Shown here one piece after another: positions 33,227 through 45,290 of a stretch of DNA of 64,000 nucleotides. The stretch lies in the NCBI RefSeq assembly GCF_988242995.1, contig NZ_OZ547043.1. The stretch is one strand, 5' to 3'. Every line of letters starts with the position of its first letter. Positions within the stretch are counted from its first letter, which is position 1. Both the position numbers and the translations under genes were made by a program. The notes below the pieces were generated by a model. That model made no database searches. It was not told the origin of the DNA and saw nothing but the letters and a program-made list of their open reading frames with translations.

Positions 33227-35329
33227 TTACTCAAATCGCCACGCAATATTCATGCCGACACCATAATTTCGCCCGGGTGCAGGTTCGTAATATCGCCCGT
33301 TTGACTCATTGACAATGACAGAACCAACGTATTCTTTATCGAATAAATTATCGACACGACCAAATAAATCCACAGTTAAATTGTGGTAATTGTATTTATA
33401 CCCGGTGAATAAGCCGACGAGAGTATAAGACGGCGCTTTGGCCGTATTTTCATCATCTGCCATAATATCACCCATATAACGCGCTTCCGTGCCTGCATAC
33501 CAACCATCTTCCGGTACATAACCTATCGATGCAAAGCCCATATTACGGGCGATCCCTGGCATCCGATTACCGTTACAATCCTGTTCATTGCAAACATTGC
33601 TGCGATAGGTCGCATCGAGCCAGGTCCAGGACGCTTTTACACGAAAATCTCCCGCGAAACGTTGATCCCATGCCAGCTCAGCGCCTTGACGACGGGTCTT
33701 TCCGGCATTTTTGTAAGTCGTACGCCCACCGCTACTGCTATCGACAACAATTTCATCATCGGTGTCGGTCTGGAACAATGCGAGACTAAGCAGCCCATCA
33801 CCAATACGCGTTTTACTGCCGATCTCAATTGTATCGTTGGTGGATGGTTTTAAACCAAAGTTCATACCGCTTTGACCGTCAGCACGATAAGACAGCTCAT
33901 TAATCGTCGGCGTTTCAAAACCTCGCCCGGCTGCCAGATAGATATTCCAGGCATCGGTCATTGCATATTTTAACGAACCGGCAGGTAGCCATTTGTGATA
34001 ACTGGCATCACCGCTGTCATCGCCGTTACCCGGAGTAACGTAATGGTCGTTGGAATCAAACCACACGGAGCTGTAGCGCACGCCAGCATCCAGCGACAGT
34101 TTTTCGCTCAGCTGCCACTGCGTCTGTAAATAGGGATCGACGTTCCACATCAGATTGCGTTCGTCGCGGCGCAACTCACCTTTTTGCCCGTATTCCGGCA
34201 CGCCGCTATTCAGGCGGAAGTTATTGTAGCCTTTGCGATTTTCACTCATGTTTTCGTAGTTCAGGCCGGTAGTGAACGTGAGCGGAACGCCCAGCTCGCC
34301 ACGGTGTGTCCAGCGGCTGTCTATCCCCTGATAATGGCGTTGCAGAGTAATCACGCCGCCCGCATGCGACGGGTTAAGTTGTGGTGCCATCGGGATTGAC
34401 TGGTACTGGGTCGTTTCTCGCTCCCCGGCATACATCATCACACTCATATCATCTTGTGCGCTCAGGCTACGTTCATAGCGCAACCCAGCCTGAGTTTGCT
34501 TGATGGTTTTTCGCGTGTCGTACTGTTCAGCGCGTGGCGCTTGTTGCGGATTCGCCTTCCATTCTGCTTCGGTTAGCCCACCTGGGTCATCTGCTTTGAT
34601 ATCCACACTATTGAAAATCAGGCTTAATTTGCTGGCGTCATCAATGCGTACGCCCAGTTTGGCATTGGCTAAATTTTTCTGTGCGCCACTATGATCACGA
34701 TAGCCGTGGGTCGTAAAGCGCGTTGTTGAGACGGTGTAATCGACATCGCCAGGCTGAGTGCCGTCGCCCATTGCGCCTGTTGCTTTCAGCCCATAGCGCC
34801 AGCTGCCAAAACTGCCGTAGTAACTACTGGCTTCAATGGTTGGTGGCTGTTGTCCGGTCTGGGTGATGACATTCATTACACCGCCAGACGCGTTGCCATA
34901 CAGAGCAGAGAAGGGGCCGCGCAGCACTTCCACATTTTGTACACTGCTTAAATCGATGTTGGATGTTTGCCCTTGTCCGTCGGGCATGGTGGCGGGAATA
35001 CCGTCCACATACAGGCGAATACCACGAATTCCGTAAGTGGAGCGGGAGCCAAATCCGCGAATCGACAGCTGTAAATCTTGCGCATAGTTCTGCCGGTTTT
35101 GTACCTGCAAACCAGGCACGCCGGTCAGTGATTCAGACAAGTTAATGCGCGGTGTTGCCAGGCGCATCTCCTCGCCATTCACCACGCTTACTGCTGCTGG
35201 CGTATCCAGTTCTGAAACCACCTGCGGCGCGGCACTGACAATCATGGTCTGTTCATCAGCGGCAAAAACAACGGGGGAAAGGACAAGCAGTGCGGGCAAA
35301 ACGGTCTGTCGGACGGAAAAAATCTTCAT
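33227..35329 (-). CDS. yncD: TonB-dependent outer membrane receptor YncD
   Basis: native start at internal Met (MKIFSVRQTVLPALLVLSPVVFA..., 700 aa); TonB box region and C-terminal aromatic residue (…AWRFE). Confidence 0.9.
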   Translation of the reverse strand: MKIFSVRQTVLPALLVLSPVVFAADEQTMIVSAAPQVVSELDTPAAVSVVNGEEMRLATPRINLSESLTGVPGLQVQNRQNYAQDLQLSIRGFGSRSTYGIRGIRLYVDGIPATMPDGQGQTSNIDLSSVQNVEVLRGPFSALYGNASGGVMNVITQTGQQPPTIEASSYYGSFGSWRYGLKATGAMGDGTQPGDVDYTVSTTRFTTHGYRDHSGAQKNLANAKLGVRIDDASKLSLIFNSVDIKADDPGGLTEAEWKANPQQAPRAEQYDTRKTIKQTQAGLRYERSLSAQDDMSVMMYAGERETTQYQSIPMAPQLNPSHAGGVITLQRHYQGIDSRWTHRGELGVPLTFTTGLNYENMSENRKGYNNFRLNSGVPEYGQKGELRRDERNLMWNVDPYLQTQWQLSEKLSLDAGVRYSSVWFDSNDHYVTPGNGDDSGDASYHKWLPAGSLKYAMTDAWNIYLAAGRGFETPTINELSYRADGQSGMNFGLKPSTNDTIEIGSKTRIGDGLLSLALFQTDTDDEIVVDSSSGGRTTYKNAGKTRRQGAELAWDQRFAGDFRVKASWTWLDATYRSNVCNEQDCNGNRMPGIARNMGFASIGYVPEDGWYAGTEARYMGDIMADDENTAKAPSYTLVGLFTGYKYNYHNLTVDLFGRVDNLFDKEYVGSVIVNESNGRYYEPAPGRNYGVGMNIAWRFE

Positions 35330-35570
35330 GAAAAAAGCCAGGTTAAGAATGGGAAAACGCCGCCATGGTAATAAAATTGTAAATTTATGGAAAACGAAAC
35401 GGCACGATACGTTAAGTAATTGAGAAAATTGTAGTCGTAACGGCAAGAAATGCTCCACATTTGAGAAAATAATGATTACCATTCCCATTTATAACAAGGG
35501 CGTAACGATGATTACGCTTAGCGAAGCATTGTGATGCAGCAAAAATATCGGTTCATCAAAGGGAGTCGTC

Positions 35571-36632
35571 ATGCATTTACGTCATCTGTTTTCATCGCGC
35601 CTGCGTGGTTCATTACTGTTAGGTTCATTGCTTGTTGCTTCATCATTCAGTACGCAGGCCGCAGAAGAAATGCTGCGTAAAGCGGTAGGTAAAGGTGCCT
35701 ACGAAATGGCTTATAGCCAGCAAGAAAACGCGCTGTGGCTCGCCACTTCGCAAAGCCGCAAACTGGATAAAGGCGGCGTGGTTTATCGTCTTGATCCGGT
35801 TACTCTGGAAGTGACGCAGGCGATCCATAACGATCTCAAGCCGTTTGGTGCTACCATCAACAACACGACTCAGACGTTGTGGTTTGGTAACACTGTAAAC
35901 AGCGCGGTCACGGCGATAGATGCCAAAACGGGCGAAGTGAAAGGCCGTCTGGTGCTGGATGATCGTAAGCGCACGGAAGAGGTGCGCCCGCTGCAACCGC
36001 GTGAGCTGGTGGCAGACGATGCCACGAACACCGTTTACATCAGTGGTATTGGTAAAGAGAGCGTGATTTGGGTCGTTGATGGCGAGAATATCAAACTGAA
36101 AACCGCCATCCAGAACACCGGTAAAATGAGTACCGGTTTAGCGCTGGATAGCAAAGGCAAACGTCTTTACACCACTAACGCTGACGGCGAATTGATTACC
36201 ATCGACACCGCCGACAATAAAATCCTCAGCCGTAAAAAGCTGCTGGATGACGACAAAGAGCACTTCTTTATCAACATCAGCCTTGATACCGCCAGGCAGC
36301 GTGCATTCATCACCGACTCTAAAGCGGCAGAAGTGTTAGTGGTCGATACCCGTAATGGCAATATTCTGGCGAAGGTTGCGGCACCGGAATCACTGGCTGT
36401 GCTGTTTAACCCCGCGCGTAATGAAGCCTACGTAACGCATCGTCAGGCAGGTAAAGTCAGTGTGATTGACGCGAAAAGCTATAAAGTGGTGAAAACGTTC
36501 GATACGCCGACTCATCCGAACAGCCTGGCGCTGTCTGCCGATGGCAAAACGCTGTATGTCAGTGTGAAACAAAAATCCACTAAACAGCAGGAAGCTACCC
36601 AGCCGGACGATGTGATTCGTATTGCGCTGTAA
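35571..36632 (+). CDS. yncE: beta-propeller (PQQ/YVTN-like repeat) periplasmic protein YncE
   Basis: 353 aa with signal peptide; recognised as YncE. Confidence 0.9.
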   Translation: MHLRHLFSSRLRGSLLLGSLLVASSFSTQAAEEMLRKAVGKGAYEMAYSQQENALWLATSQSRKLDKGGVVYRLDPVTLEVTQAIHNDLKPFGATINNTTQTLWFGNTVNSAVTAIDAKTGEVKGRLVLDDRKRTEEVRPLQPRELVADDATNTVYISGIGKESVIWVVDGENIKLKTAIQNTGKMSTGLALDSKGKRLYTTNADGELITIDTADNKILSRKKLLDDDKEHFFINISLDTARQRAFITDSKAAEVLVVDTRNGNILAKVAAPESLAVLFNPARNEAYVTHRQAGKVSVIDAKSYKVVKTFDTPTHPNSLALSADGKTLYVSVKQKSTKQQEATQPDDVIRIAL

Positions 36633-36714
36633 TAGATATGGCGAGGGTGAAAACGGAGAGACTTGCCTGACTTTTATCACGCCGTATCCGGTACCTTCGT
36701 CAGTAATTTGAATT

Positions 36715-36735
36715 TGCCCGGCACGTAGCCGGGCA
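36715..36735. terminator. hairpin between convergent yncE and ansP
   Basis: TGCCCGGC-ACGTA-GCCGGGCA followed by ATTTTG. Confidence 0.4.
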
Positions 36736-36744
36736 ATTTTGCAA

Positions 36745-38244
36745 TTAACTCGCCGTTTCAGGCTTAAACACAATTTCCTGTTGTTCTTCATCTTTCTCGA
36801 CGACTGGCGCAGTGCTGTGAATTTCAGCAACGCGTTTGCGCACACCAAACCAGCCTATAACCAGCAGAATACCGATAATCGGCAGCGCCGCGATAGTATA
36901 AGTCCCGTTCGGGTAATCGAACGCCATCAGCACAAGGACACTCAGTAAAAACAGTAATGTCAGCCAGGAAGTGAAGGGCGCGCCAGGCAGTTTAAAACTG
37001 ACATCCGCTGCTTTGCCTTCTTTAATCGCTTTACGCAGGCGCATCTGGCACACGATGATAAACGCCCATGAAGCGATGATTCCCAGCGACGCGAAGTTCA
37101 ACACAATCTCAAATACGCGCGACGGCACCAGATAGTTGAGGAATACGCCGACGACATACACAACCAGTGTCGCCAGAATCCCGGCATACGGCACATGCTG
37201 ACGACTCATTTTCGCCATAAAACTCGGTGCGGAACCGCCCATCGCCATTGAGCGCAGAATACGTCCGGTGCAGTACAGACCTGAGTTCAGGCTGGAGAGG
37301 GCAGCGGTCAGCACCACAATGTTCATAATGCTGCCGATGTACGGCACACCCAGTTTAGAGAAAAACGTCACGAACGGACTTTGCCCCGCCTGATACGCGC
37401 TCCACGGCAATAACATAACCAGCAACACCACGGAGCCGACGTAAAACAGGCCAATACGCCAAATCACACTGTTAATCGCTTTAGGCACCATGGTCTGCGG
37501 ATCTTTACATTCTCCGGCAGCTGTACCCACCATTTCAATGGAGGCAAAAGCAAACACTACGCCCTGAATCAACACCAGCGCAGGTAGCAAACCGTGGGGG
37601 AAGAAGCCGCCGTTATCGGTAATTAAATGAAAGCCAGTGGTGTTGCCATCCAGCGGCTGACCACTACCGAGGAACACTGTACCCACGACCAAAAAGGTCA
37701 CAATGGCGAGCACTTTAATAAGCGCAAACCAGAACTCCATCTCGGCAAACCATTTCACACCAATCATATTCATGGTGCCAACGATGGTCAGCGCAGCGAG
37801 CGCAAAGACCCACTGCGGTACACCACCAAATGCGCCCCAGTAATGCATATACAGTGCAACGGCGGTAATATCGACAATCCCTGTCATCGCCCAGTTGATG
37901 AAGTACATCCAGCCAGCAACATAAGCGGCTTTCTCTCCTAAAAACTCACGGGCATAAGAGACAAAACTGCCACTGGAAGGGCGGTGTAACACCAGCTCAC
38001 CCAATGCACGCAGAATAAAAAATGAAAACAGGCCGCAGATTAAATAGACCAGTGCCAGTGCTGGCCCCGCCATTTGCAGTCGGGCTCCTGCACCTAAAAA
38101 CAAGCCGGTGCCAATCGCGCCGCCAATGGCGATCATCTGTACCTGGCGATTGCCCATCGCTTTGTGATACCCCTCTTCGTGGGCATTAAGCCAGCGGCGT
38201 TTCGCGGCGTGCTGATCTGAAGTGTCGGTGTCGTGTTTACTCAT
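36745..38244 (-). CDS. ansP: L-asparagine permease (APC family)
   Basis: native start at internal Met (MSKHDTDTSDQHAAKRRWLNAHEEGYHKAMGNRQVQMIAIGGAIGTGLF..., 499 aa). Confidence 0.9.
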   Translation of the reverse strand: MSKHDTDTSDQHAAKRRWLNAHEEGYHKAMGNRQVQMIAIGGAIGTGLFLGAGARLQMAGPALALVYLICGLFSFFILRALGELVLHRPSSGSFVSYAREFLGEKAAYVAGWMYFINWAMTGIVDITAVALYMHYWGAFGGVPQWVFALAALTIVGTMNMIGVKWFAEMEFWFALIKVLAIVTFLVVGTVFLGSGQPLDGNTTGFHLITDNGGFFPHGLLPALVLIQGVVFAFASIEMVGTAAGECKDPQTMVPKAINSVIWRIGLFYVGSVVLLVMLLPWSAYQAGQSPFVTFFSKLGVPYIGSIMNIVVLTAALSSLNSGLYCTGRILRSMAMGGSAPSFMAKMSRQHVPYAGILATLVVYVVGVFLNYLVPSRVFEIVLNFASLGIIASWAFIIVCQMRLRKAIKEGKAADVSFKLPGAPFTSWLTLLFLLSVLVLMAFDYPNGTYTIAALPIIGILLVIGWFGVRKRVAEIHSTAPVVEKDEEQQEIVFKPETAS

Positions 38245-38509
38245 TGCTCTCCCTGATTGCTTTAATGAAAAAGTCATATAAGTTGCCATGAACAATGTTT
38301 ATTCATCCTGGCGATGATAGTTATCACCATTATTCTTTATGGGTATAAAACTATCGGCGCAGCATCCTACCTGTTATCGATAAACGATGCAAAACATCCC
38401 CTTACAATCCTGATGGGGATTTATACAACTGACAAAAAAATGACCATCCTTTTGCAGGTTAACCTGTGTGCTGTCTTACACTTAATCTTTAAAGGATTGT
38501 GAGGGGCAT

Positions 38510-39109
38510 ATGATTAAGGTGTATGGCGTACCCGGATGGGGCTCTACAATCAGTGAGCTGATGCTAACACTGGCTGATATCCCTTATCAGTTCGTTGGTG
38601 TCAGTGGTTTTGACCACGAGGGAACTTCACGCGAGTTATTGAAAACCCTGAACCCGTTGTGTCAGGTTCCGACACTGGCGCTGGAAAATGACGAGATTAT
38701 GACGGAGACAGCGGCGATTGCATTGATGGTTCTCGATCGTCGCCCGGACCTTGCGCCACCGCTTGGGCGCGCCGAACGTCAGCAGTTTCAACGGCTATTG
38801 GTCTGGCTGGTTGCTAATGTCTATCCAACGTTCACTTTCGCCGATTACCCTGAGCTTTGGGCTCCTGACGCGCCTGAACAGTTAAAGAAGAATGTTATTG
38901 AATATCGTTTTATATCTGGTTGAATTCGCAGCTCACTGCTGAACCTTATGCGTTTGGCGATCAGCTACCCTTATCTCTGCGTTATGCGCATATGGGGACC
39001 GGGGCATGAATGGTTTCAAGATAATGCCGCGAATATCAGTGCGATTGCTGATGCTGTATGTCCGATACCAACGTTACAAGAAATACTAAAAAGGAATGCC
39101 ATTATTTAA
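38510..39109 (+). pseudogene. yncG: glutathione S-transferase-like gene yncG, disrupted by frameshifts
   Basis: N-terminal GST-like ORF ends prematurely at 38923 (137 aa); downstream sequence continues GST-like in two other frames (…YIWLNSQLTAEPYAFGDQL… then …YLCVMRIWGPGHEWFQDNAANISAIADAVC…), implying at least two indels. Confidence 0.7.
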
Positions 39110-39329
39110 CAATAATGCCGGAGATTAATGTTAATAAATCACTGGCGTAGTTAACTGGACATCCATTTGTTTGCTATGAATGGTAATTAAAGTTGGTACA
39201 ATTATTTATATGATTTATGTAATCTCGTTTTTTATATGAAATATCAATTTAATATAATCCGAAAATAAAACATCCTTTCGCATGTAGAGAAATATGTCGA
39301 TATGATAGCGCCGTGCAGATCATGTTATC

Positions 39330-40685
39330 AGGGCAGAGCGGTAGCGTATCAGGGAAAAAGCATGAAAGCCCGCGCCCCACAAGACTTTGGTGAATGATGA
39401 ATTTTTAAATCGCGACATTACTTTTATCGTAAAACCCATCATGTTGATCTTTTTTTTCGATCAATTTGACCATCTTATTTCAGTGTGATCTTATCCTTTC
39501 TTTTTGATGGATAGCACACCATGAACGGACTAAGCCTTTTGGATCAAATTTCAATTATTCACGATTATCGCCAGTCCTGGAAAACCAGTTACAGCCTGGC
39601 GGATATCCTTTTTCTGACGATCACCGCCATTATCGGTGGCGCTGAAGGATGGGAAGAAATTGCTGATTTTGGTGAGGAGCATCTGGAATGGTTACGCCTG
39701 TATGGTGATTTTGAAAATGGCACCCCCTCCCATCACACGATTGCCCGAGTGATGGGAATGATTTCAGCAAAACAATTACAGCCCCTTTTTATCCAGTAGA
39801 TGAAGGACTGTCACACGTTGTCTGAAGGCTCTGTTGTGGCGATTGATGGTAAGTCATTACGGGGTACTTACGATAAATCGAAACGTAATGCCGTGATCCA
39901 TAGGGTCAGTGCTTTTAGCGCAGAAAATCGTCTGGTTTTGGGGCAGGTGAAAACAGGGGCAAAATCGAATGAGATAACGGCGATCCCGGAACGGCTCCAG
40001 TTGCTGGAATTAAAAGGGTGTCTGGTCACGCTGGATGCAATGGGTTGCCAGCATATAATCGCCCGTGAAATTCTGAAAAAGAAAGCCGGTTACCTGCTGG
40101 CGCTGAAAGGAAATCAGGGAAAATTAGCGGAGGCGTTTGATAACGGGTACTCGCCGACAATGTGGCTGGGTGAGAGGTATGACAGTTACAGCACGCAGGA
40201 AAAAGGGCATGGACGGGAAGATACACGATGCTGCATTGTGAGCCATGATTTAACCGCTCTGGGTGATTTAGCTTATGAATGGTCAGAGCTGAGCACGATA
40301 GGAATAGTGCTGGCGAGCAGACAGGAAGGAGAAACAGCGGTGAAATCAGAGAAGTGTATTCTTCGCTACTACATAAGTTCGGTGACGCTTACGGCGAAAG
40401 AACTCCTGGAAGCAACACGAGCACACTGGTCGGTAGAAAATCAACTGCACTGGCGACTTGATATGGGGATGCGGGAAGATGAATGCCAGATTGTTCGTGG
40501 AGAAGCGGGAGAAAATCTGGCAGTTTGTCGACATATCGCGATGAATTTACTGACCGCAGAGAATAGCTTTAAAGCGGGTATTAAACGCAAGCAAAAGCGG
40601 GCAGGACGTAAGAATGAATACCTTTCTCTAATCCTTGCTGGCTGCGGGCCTTCATGATTTCGCCCTGCGGTTAGAGGTTAATTAT
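39330..40685 (+). mobile_element. H-repeat (ISAs1-family) element, copy 1 (ends approximate)
   Basis: ~100-bp conserved upstream block (ATGAAAGCCCGCGCCCCACAAG...CATCATGTTG) shared with the second copy at ~46100; transposase-like ORF; similar sequence just after both stop codons. Confidence 0.6.
39521..40657 (+). pseudogene. H-repeat-associated (ISAs1-family) transposase interrupted by in-frame amber codon
   Basis: 92-aa and 285-aa ORFs are in the same frame, separated only by TAG at 39797-39799; combined 378 codons, same length as the intact paralog at 46358..47494. Confidence 0.75.
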
Positions 40686-41078
40686 GCTCCTGGTATGCAT
40701 GGTAAATTGATTTTGTGTTTCTCATGGTATGCTGTTAATTATAAGAGATGATTGTTTTTAAGGTTGATTAATATGTAATTCATATTTGTCATGCGACATA
40801 AAGTAATCGATTTTTTTTGTTGTGGCTTTAATTGATGGTTCTAAGGTATGCAGTTTGAGAACGTTCAGTGAATGATGTATATACAATAATAAATAATATT
40901 TGCAATAAATTTGTGTGGGTGGTTATTTTTATATTTCATTGGTACGGGATTTTACGGTTAATTAGTGAAGAGGACTTCGCTAATTTATATAGATTATTCG
41001 GGGAAATCTTATTCACTGGTTATGAATCAGTATGGATTGCACTCAGAATAAAACCATAAATAATTTAAGGAATAAACC

Positions 41079-44000
41079 ATGAGCGGAAAACCGGCGGCGC
41101 GACAGGGCGATATGACCCGCAAGGGACTGGATATTGTGCAGGGTTCAGCGGGGGTGCTGATAGGTGCGCCGACGGGAGTGGCCTGCTCGGTGTGTCCCAA
41201 CAGCCCGGTGGAGGAGCAGAAGGGTAACCCGGTGAACCCGCTACTGGGTGCGAAGGTGCTGCCGGGCGAGACGGATCTTGCGCTGCCCGGCCCGTTGCCG
41301 TTTATTCTTTCCCGCGCCTACAGCAGCTACCGGACCAGGACACCCGCGCCGGTGGGGGTGTTTGGTCCCGGCTGGAAAGCGCCCTTCGATATCCGCTTAC
41401 AGGTTCATGAGCGGGAACTGATACTCAACGACAGTGGCGGCAGGAGCATTCACTTTGAGCCGCTGTTTCCCGGCGAGATAAGCTACAGCCGCAGCGAGTC
41501 GTTCTGGCTGGCAAGGGGCGGGGTGGCGGAGCAGCACAGTTCGCAGCCGCTAAGCGCGCTCTGGCAGGTGCTGCCGGAGAGTCTCCGCTTAAGCCCGCAT
41601 GTGTACCTGGCGACAAACAGCCTTCAGGGGCCGTGGTGGATACTCGGCTGGCCGGAGCGGGTACCGGAGGCGGACGAGGTGCTGCCGCCGGAGCCGCCCG
41701 CATACCGGGTGCTGACGGGCGTGGTGGACGGCTTCGGGCGGACGCTGGCCTTCCACCGGGCGGCAGAGGGGGAAGCGGCGGGCGCGGTGACGGGGGTGAC
41801 GGACGGCGCGGGCCGCCGTTTTCATCTGGCGCTGACCACACAGGCGCAGCGGGCGAAAGCCTTCCGTAAACAGCGCGAGTCTTCTTTATCTTCTCCGGCC
41901 AGTCCCCGTTCTGTTTCCTCTTCTCAGTTTTTCCCCGACACGCTGCCCACCGGTACAGAGTACGGTGCCGATAACGGTATCCGGCTGGAGGCGGTATGGC
42001 TGACACACGACCCGGCATACCCGGATGAACTGCCGACTGCGCCGCTGGCGCGCTACACGTACACGGCCAGCGGAGAACTGCGGGCGGTGTATGACCGCAG
42101 CGGTACGCAGGTGCGCGGGTTTACTTATGATGCGGAGCACGCCGGGCGGATGGTGGCGCACCATTATGCGGGGAGGCCGGAGAGCCGCTACCGGTATGAT
42201 GATACCGGTCGGGTGACGGAGCAGGTCAACCCGGAGGGGCTGGACTACCGCTTTGAGTACGGGCAGGACCGCGTGACCATCACGGACAGCCTGAACCGGC
42301 GGGAGGTGCTGTACACGGAGGGCGAGGGCGGCCTGAAGCGGGTGGTGAAGAAGGAGTATGGGGACGGGAGCATCACCCGCAGCGAGTATGATGAGGCGGG
42401 GAGGCTGAAGGCGCAGACGGATGCGGCGGGACGGCGGACGGAGTACCGGCTGCATATGGCGTCGGGAAAGCTGACTTCAGTGATACTGCCGGACGGCAGG
42501 ACGGTACGGTATGGTTACAACAACCAGTTGCAACTGACGTCAGTGACGTACCCGGACGGGCTGCGCCGCAGCCGGAAATATGACCGTCAGGGCAGGCTGG
42601 CGGAAGAGGTCTCGCGCAACGGTAACATTACGCGCTGGTTTTATGATTCTTCCCGCAGTGGCCTGCCCTGTGCGGTGGAAGACGGAACCGGGGTGAGGCG
42701 GAGAATAACGCGAAACCGGTACGGTCAGCTTCAGGCATTTACGGACTGTTCAGGGTACACGACGCGGTATGAATACGACCGGTACGGTCAGAGGACGGCG
42801 GTTCACCGGGAGGAAGGCATCAGCACTTACAGCAGTTATAACCCGCGTGGTCAACTGGTCAGTCAGAAGGATGCGCAGGGACGTGAAACCCGTTATGAGT
42901 ACAGCGCCGCAGGCGACCTCACCGCTATCATTGCCCCGAACGGCAGCCGGAGTGAGACACAGTATGATGCGTGGGGAAAGGCCGTCAGCACCACGCAGGG
43001 CGGACTGACGCGCAGCATGGAGTATGACGCCGCCGGGAGCATCACCGTGCTGACCAACGAGAACGGCAGCCAGTCCACGTTCCGGTATGACCCGGTGGAC
43101 AGGCTGACGGAGCAGCGCGGCTTTGACGGCAGGACACAGCGTTACCGGTACAGCGCCACAGGGCAGCTCATCCGCAGCGAGGATGAGGGGCAGGTCACGC
43201 AGTGGTACTACGATGACGCCGGGCGCATCACGCACCGGACGGTGAACGGCGACCCGGCGGAGCAGTGGCAGTATGACGACCACGGCTGGCTGACAGAAAT
43301 CAGCCACCTGAGCGAAGGCCACCGTGTGGCGGTCCACTACGGCTATGACGATAAAGGCCGCCTGACGGGCGAACGGCAGACGGTGGAGAACCAGGAGACG
43401 GGGGAGATGCTGTGGGAGCATGAGACGAGGCACGTCTACAGCGAACAGGGGCTGGCGACCCGTCAGGAGCCGGACGGTCTGCCGCCGGTGGAGTGGCTGA
43501 CGTATGGCAGCGGTTATCTTGCGGGGATGAAGCTGGGCGGAACGCCGCTGGTCGAGTACACGCGGGACCGGCTGCACCGTGAGACGGCCCGCAGCTTCGG
43601 CGGGGCGGGCAGTACAGCGGGGTACGAACAGGCCACGGCGTACACCCTCACAGGGCAGCTCCGGAGCAGGCACCTGAACCTTCCGCAGCTTGACCGTGAG
43701 TATACGTGGAACGATAACGGGCAACTGGTGCGCATCAGCGGCCCGCAGGAGAGCCGGAAGTACCGTTACAGCGACACGGGAAGACTGACGGGCGTTCACA
43801 CCACGGCGGCGAACCTGGATATCGATATCCCGTATGCGACGGACCCGGCAGGAAACCGGCTGCCGGACCCGGAACTGCACCCGGACAGCACCTTCACGGC
43901 GTGGCCGGATAACCGCATCACGGAAGATGCGCACTATGTCTACCGCTACGATGAATACGGCAGGCTGGCGGAGAAGACGGACCGTATCCCGGAAGGGGTG

Positions 44001-45290
44001 ATACGGATGCACGACGAGCGGACGCACCACTACCATTACGACAGCCAGCACCGCCTGGTGTTCTACACGCGGATACAGCACGGCGAGCCACAGGTGGAGA
44101 GCCGCTACCTCTATGACCCGCTGGGCCGCCGGACGGGGAAACGGGTGTGGCGGCGGGAGCGTGACCTGACGGGGTGGATGTCGCTGTCGCGTAAACCGGA
44201 GGAGACCTGGTACGGGTGGGACGGTGACAGGCTGACGACGGTACAGACCGGCACCACGCGTATCCAGACGGTATACCAGCCGGGGAGCTTCACGCCGCTC
44301 ATCAGAATCGAAACAGAGAATGGTGAACAGGCGAAGGCGCGGCACCGGAGTCTGGCGGAGGTGTTGCAGGAGGACACGGGGGTGACGCTACCGGCGGAGC
44401 TGTCGGTGATGCTGGGGAGGCTGGAGCGGGAACTGCGCGCGGGTGCGGTGAGTGCGGAGAGTGAGGCATGGCTTCAGCAGTGCGGGCTGACGGCGGAACA
44501 GATGAAAAACCAGATGGAGGCGGAATACATCCCGGAGAGGACACTTCATCTTTACCACTGCGACCACCGGGGGCTGCCGCAGGCGCTCATCAGCCCGGAA
44601 GGGGAAACGGCGTGGCAGGGGGAGTATGACGAGTGGGGAAACCTGCTGGGCGAAACCAGCGCGCAGCAACTGCAACAGCCGTACCGTCTGCCGGGGCAGC
44701 AGTATGATGAGGAGTCGGGGCTGTACTATAACCGCAACCGGTACTATGACCCGTTGCAGGGGCGGTATATCACCCAGGATCCCATTGGGCTAAGAGGTGC
44801 ATGGAACCTGTATCAGTATCCATTGAATCCAACTACTAAGATAGATCCGTTGGGTCTCTCCGGAGAAGATTCCATAGAGCAGTCAGGTCCATCTTGGTTG
44901 ATTGCTGACCCCATGGATAAATACAGACAACAGGCAGTGATGGGTTTAACAAAATTGTGGGATGATACCTTTAGTCAAGAGAAGACTAAATGTTTACCTA
45001 CGACACCTGAAAACATCAGGATGGTTGTGGCCAACAGTCCCTTGTTGACAGTACAACAAAAAGTCTCAGTACCCGTAGTAGCTCACTACGTACAAATGCT
45101 GGAAGATGGTAGTGGAGCACCACCGGTTGATATGGATGGGAATGTGATTGTTAATGGTAATCACAGGATGGTTGCGGGTCTGTTATGTGATAAACTTCCT
45201 CCTGAGCGGCCAGGTACGCGTCCATTATCGGCACCACTATATCCGTTTAGCCAAATTTTTCCGGAGTTAGATGATTGGGGGAATAGATGA
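41079..45290 (+). CDS. Rhs-family polymorphic toxin, full length (PAAR-like N-terminus, YD-repeat shell, DPxGL boundary, variable C-terminal toxin tip)
   Basis: 1403 aa; N-terminus [12 protein letters not shown]...GVACSVCPN; many YD repeats; conserved core end ...[33 protein letters not shown] (ends 44858); GC-rich core, AT-rich tip after 44858. Confidence 0.95.
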   Translation: MSGKPAARQGDMTRKGLDIVQGSAGVLIGAPTGVACSVCPNSPVEEQKGNPVNPLLGAKVLPGETDLALPGPLPFILSRAYSSYRTRTPAPVGVFGPGWKAPFDIRLQVHERELILNDSGGRSIHFEPLFPGEISYSRSESFWLARGGVAEQHSSQPLSALWQVLPESLRLSPHVYLATNSLQGPWWILGWPERVPEADEVLPPEPPAYRVLTGVVDGFGRTLAFHRAAEGEAAGAVTGVTDGAGRRFHLALTTQAQRAKAFRKQRESSLSSPASPRSVSSSQFFPDTLPTGTEYGADNGIRLEAVWLTHDPAYPDELPTAPLARYTYTASGELRAVYDRSGTQVRGFTYDAEHAGRMVAHHYAGRPESRYRYDDTGRVTEQVNPEGLDYRFEYGQDRVTITDSLNRREVLYTEGEGGLKRVVKKEYGDGSITRSEYDEAGRLKAQTDAAGRRTEYRLHMASGKLTSVILPDGRTVRYGYNNQLQLTSVTYPDGLRRSRKYDRQGRLAEEVSRNGNITRWFYDSSRSGLPCAVEDGTGVRRRITRNRYGQLQAFTDCSGYTTRYEYDRYGQRTAVHREEGISTYSSYNPRGQLVSQKDAQGRETRYEYSAAGDLTAIIAPNGSRSETQYDAWGKAVSTTQGGLTRSMEYDAAGSITVLTNENGSQSTFRYDPVDRLTEQRGFDGRTQRYRYSATGQLIRSEDEGQVTQWYYDDAGRITHRTVNGDPAEQWQYDDHGWLTEISHLSEGHRVAVHYGYDDKGRLTGERQTVENQETGEMLWEHETRHVYSEQGLATRQEPDGLPPVEWLTYGSGYLAGMKLGGTPLVEYTRDRLHRETARSFGGAGSTAGYEQATAYTLTGQLRSRHLNLPQLDREYTWNDNGQLVRISGPQESRKYRYSDTGRLTGVHTTAANLDIDIPYATDPAGNRLPDPELHPDSTFTAWPDNRITEDAHYVYRYDEYGRLAEKTDRIPEGVIRMHDERTHHYHYDSQHRLVFYTRIQHGEPQVESRYLYDPLGRRTGKRVWRRERDLTGWMSLSRKPEETWYGWDGDRLTTVQTGTTRIQTVYQPGSFTPLIRIETENGEQAKARHRSLAEVLQEDTGVTLPAELSVMLGRLERELRAGAVSAESEAWLQQCGLTAEQMKNQMEAEYIPERTLHLYHCDHRGLPQALISPEGETAWQGEYDEWGNLLGETSAQQLQQPYRLPGQQYDEESGLYYNRNRYYDPLQGRYITQDPIGLRGAWNLYQYPLNPTTKIDPLGLSGEDSIEQSGPSWLIADPMDKYRQQAVMGLTKLWDDTFSQEKTKCLPTTPENIRMVVANSPLLTVQQKVSVPVVAHYVQMLEDGSGAPPVDMDGNVIVNGNHRMVAGLLCDKLPPERPGTRPLSAPLYPFSQIFPELDDWGNR

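Noticed and set aside
33227-35488. 753-aa extended form of the yncD ORF (likewise the upstream extensions of narZ, narU, ansP, ydcO, tehA, curA and cybB)
   Set aside because: Signal peptides or known N-termini begin at internal Met codons; the extensions are in-frame read-through of upstream sequence.
40868-41059. 63-aa ORF just upstream of rhs
   Set aside because: Very AT-rich, hydrophobic low-complexity translation, no RBS; more likely promoter or leader region of rhs.
41425-44675. Numerous long ORFs on both strands inside the rhs gene (e.g. 42750..44345 minus, 531 aa; 41886..42455 minus)
   Set aside because: Typical spurious ORFs in a GC-rich repetitive coding region; the sense-strand Rhs frame is continuous with clear YD repeats.
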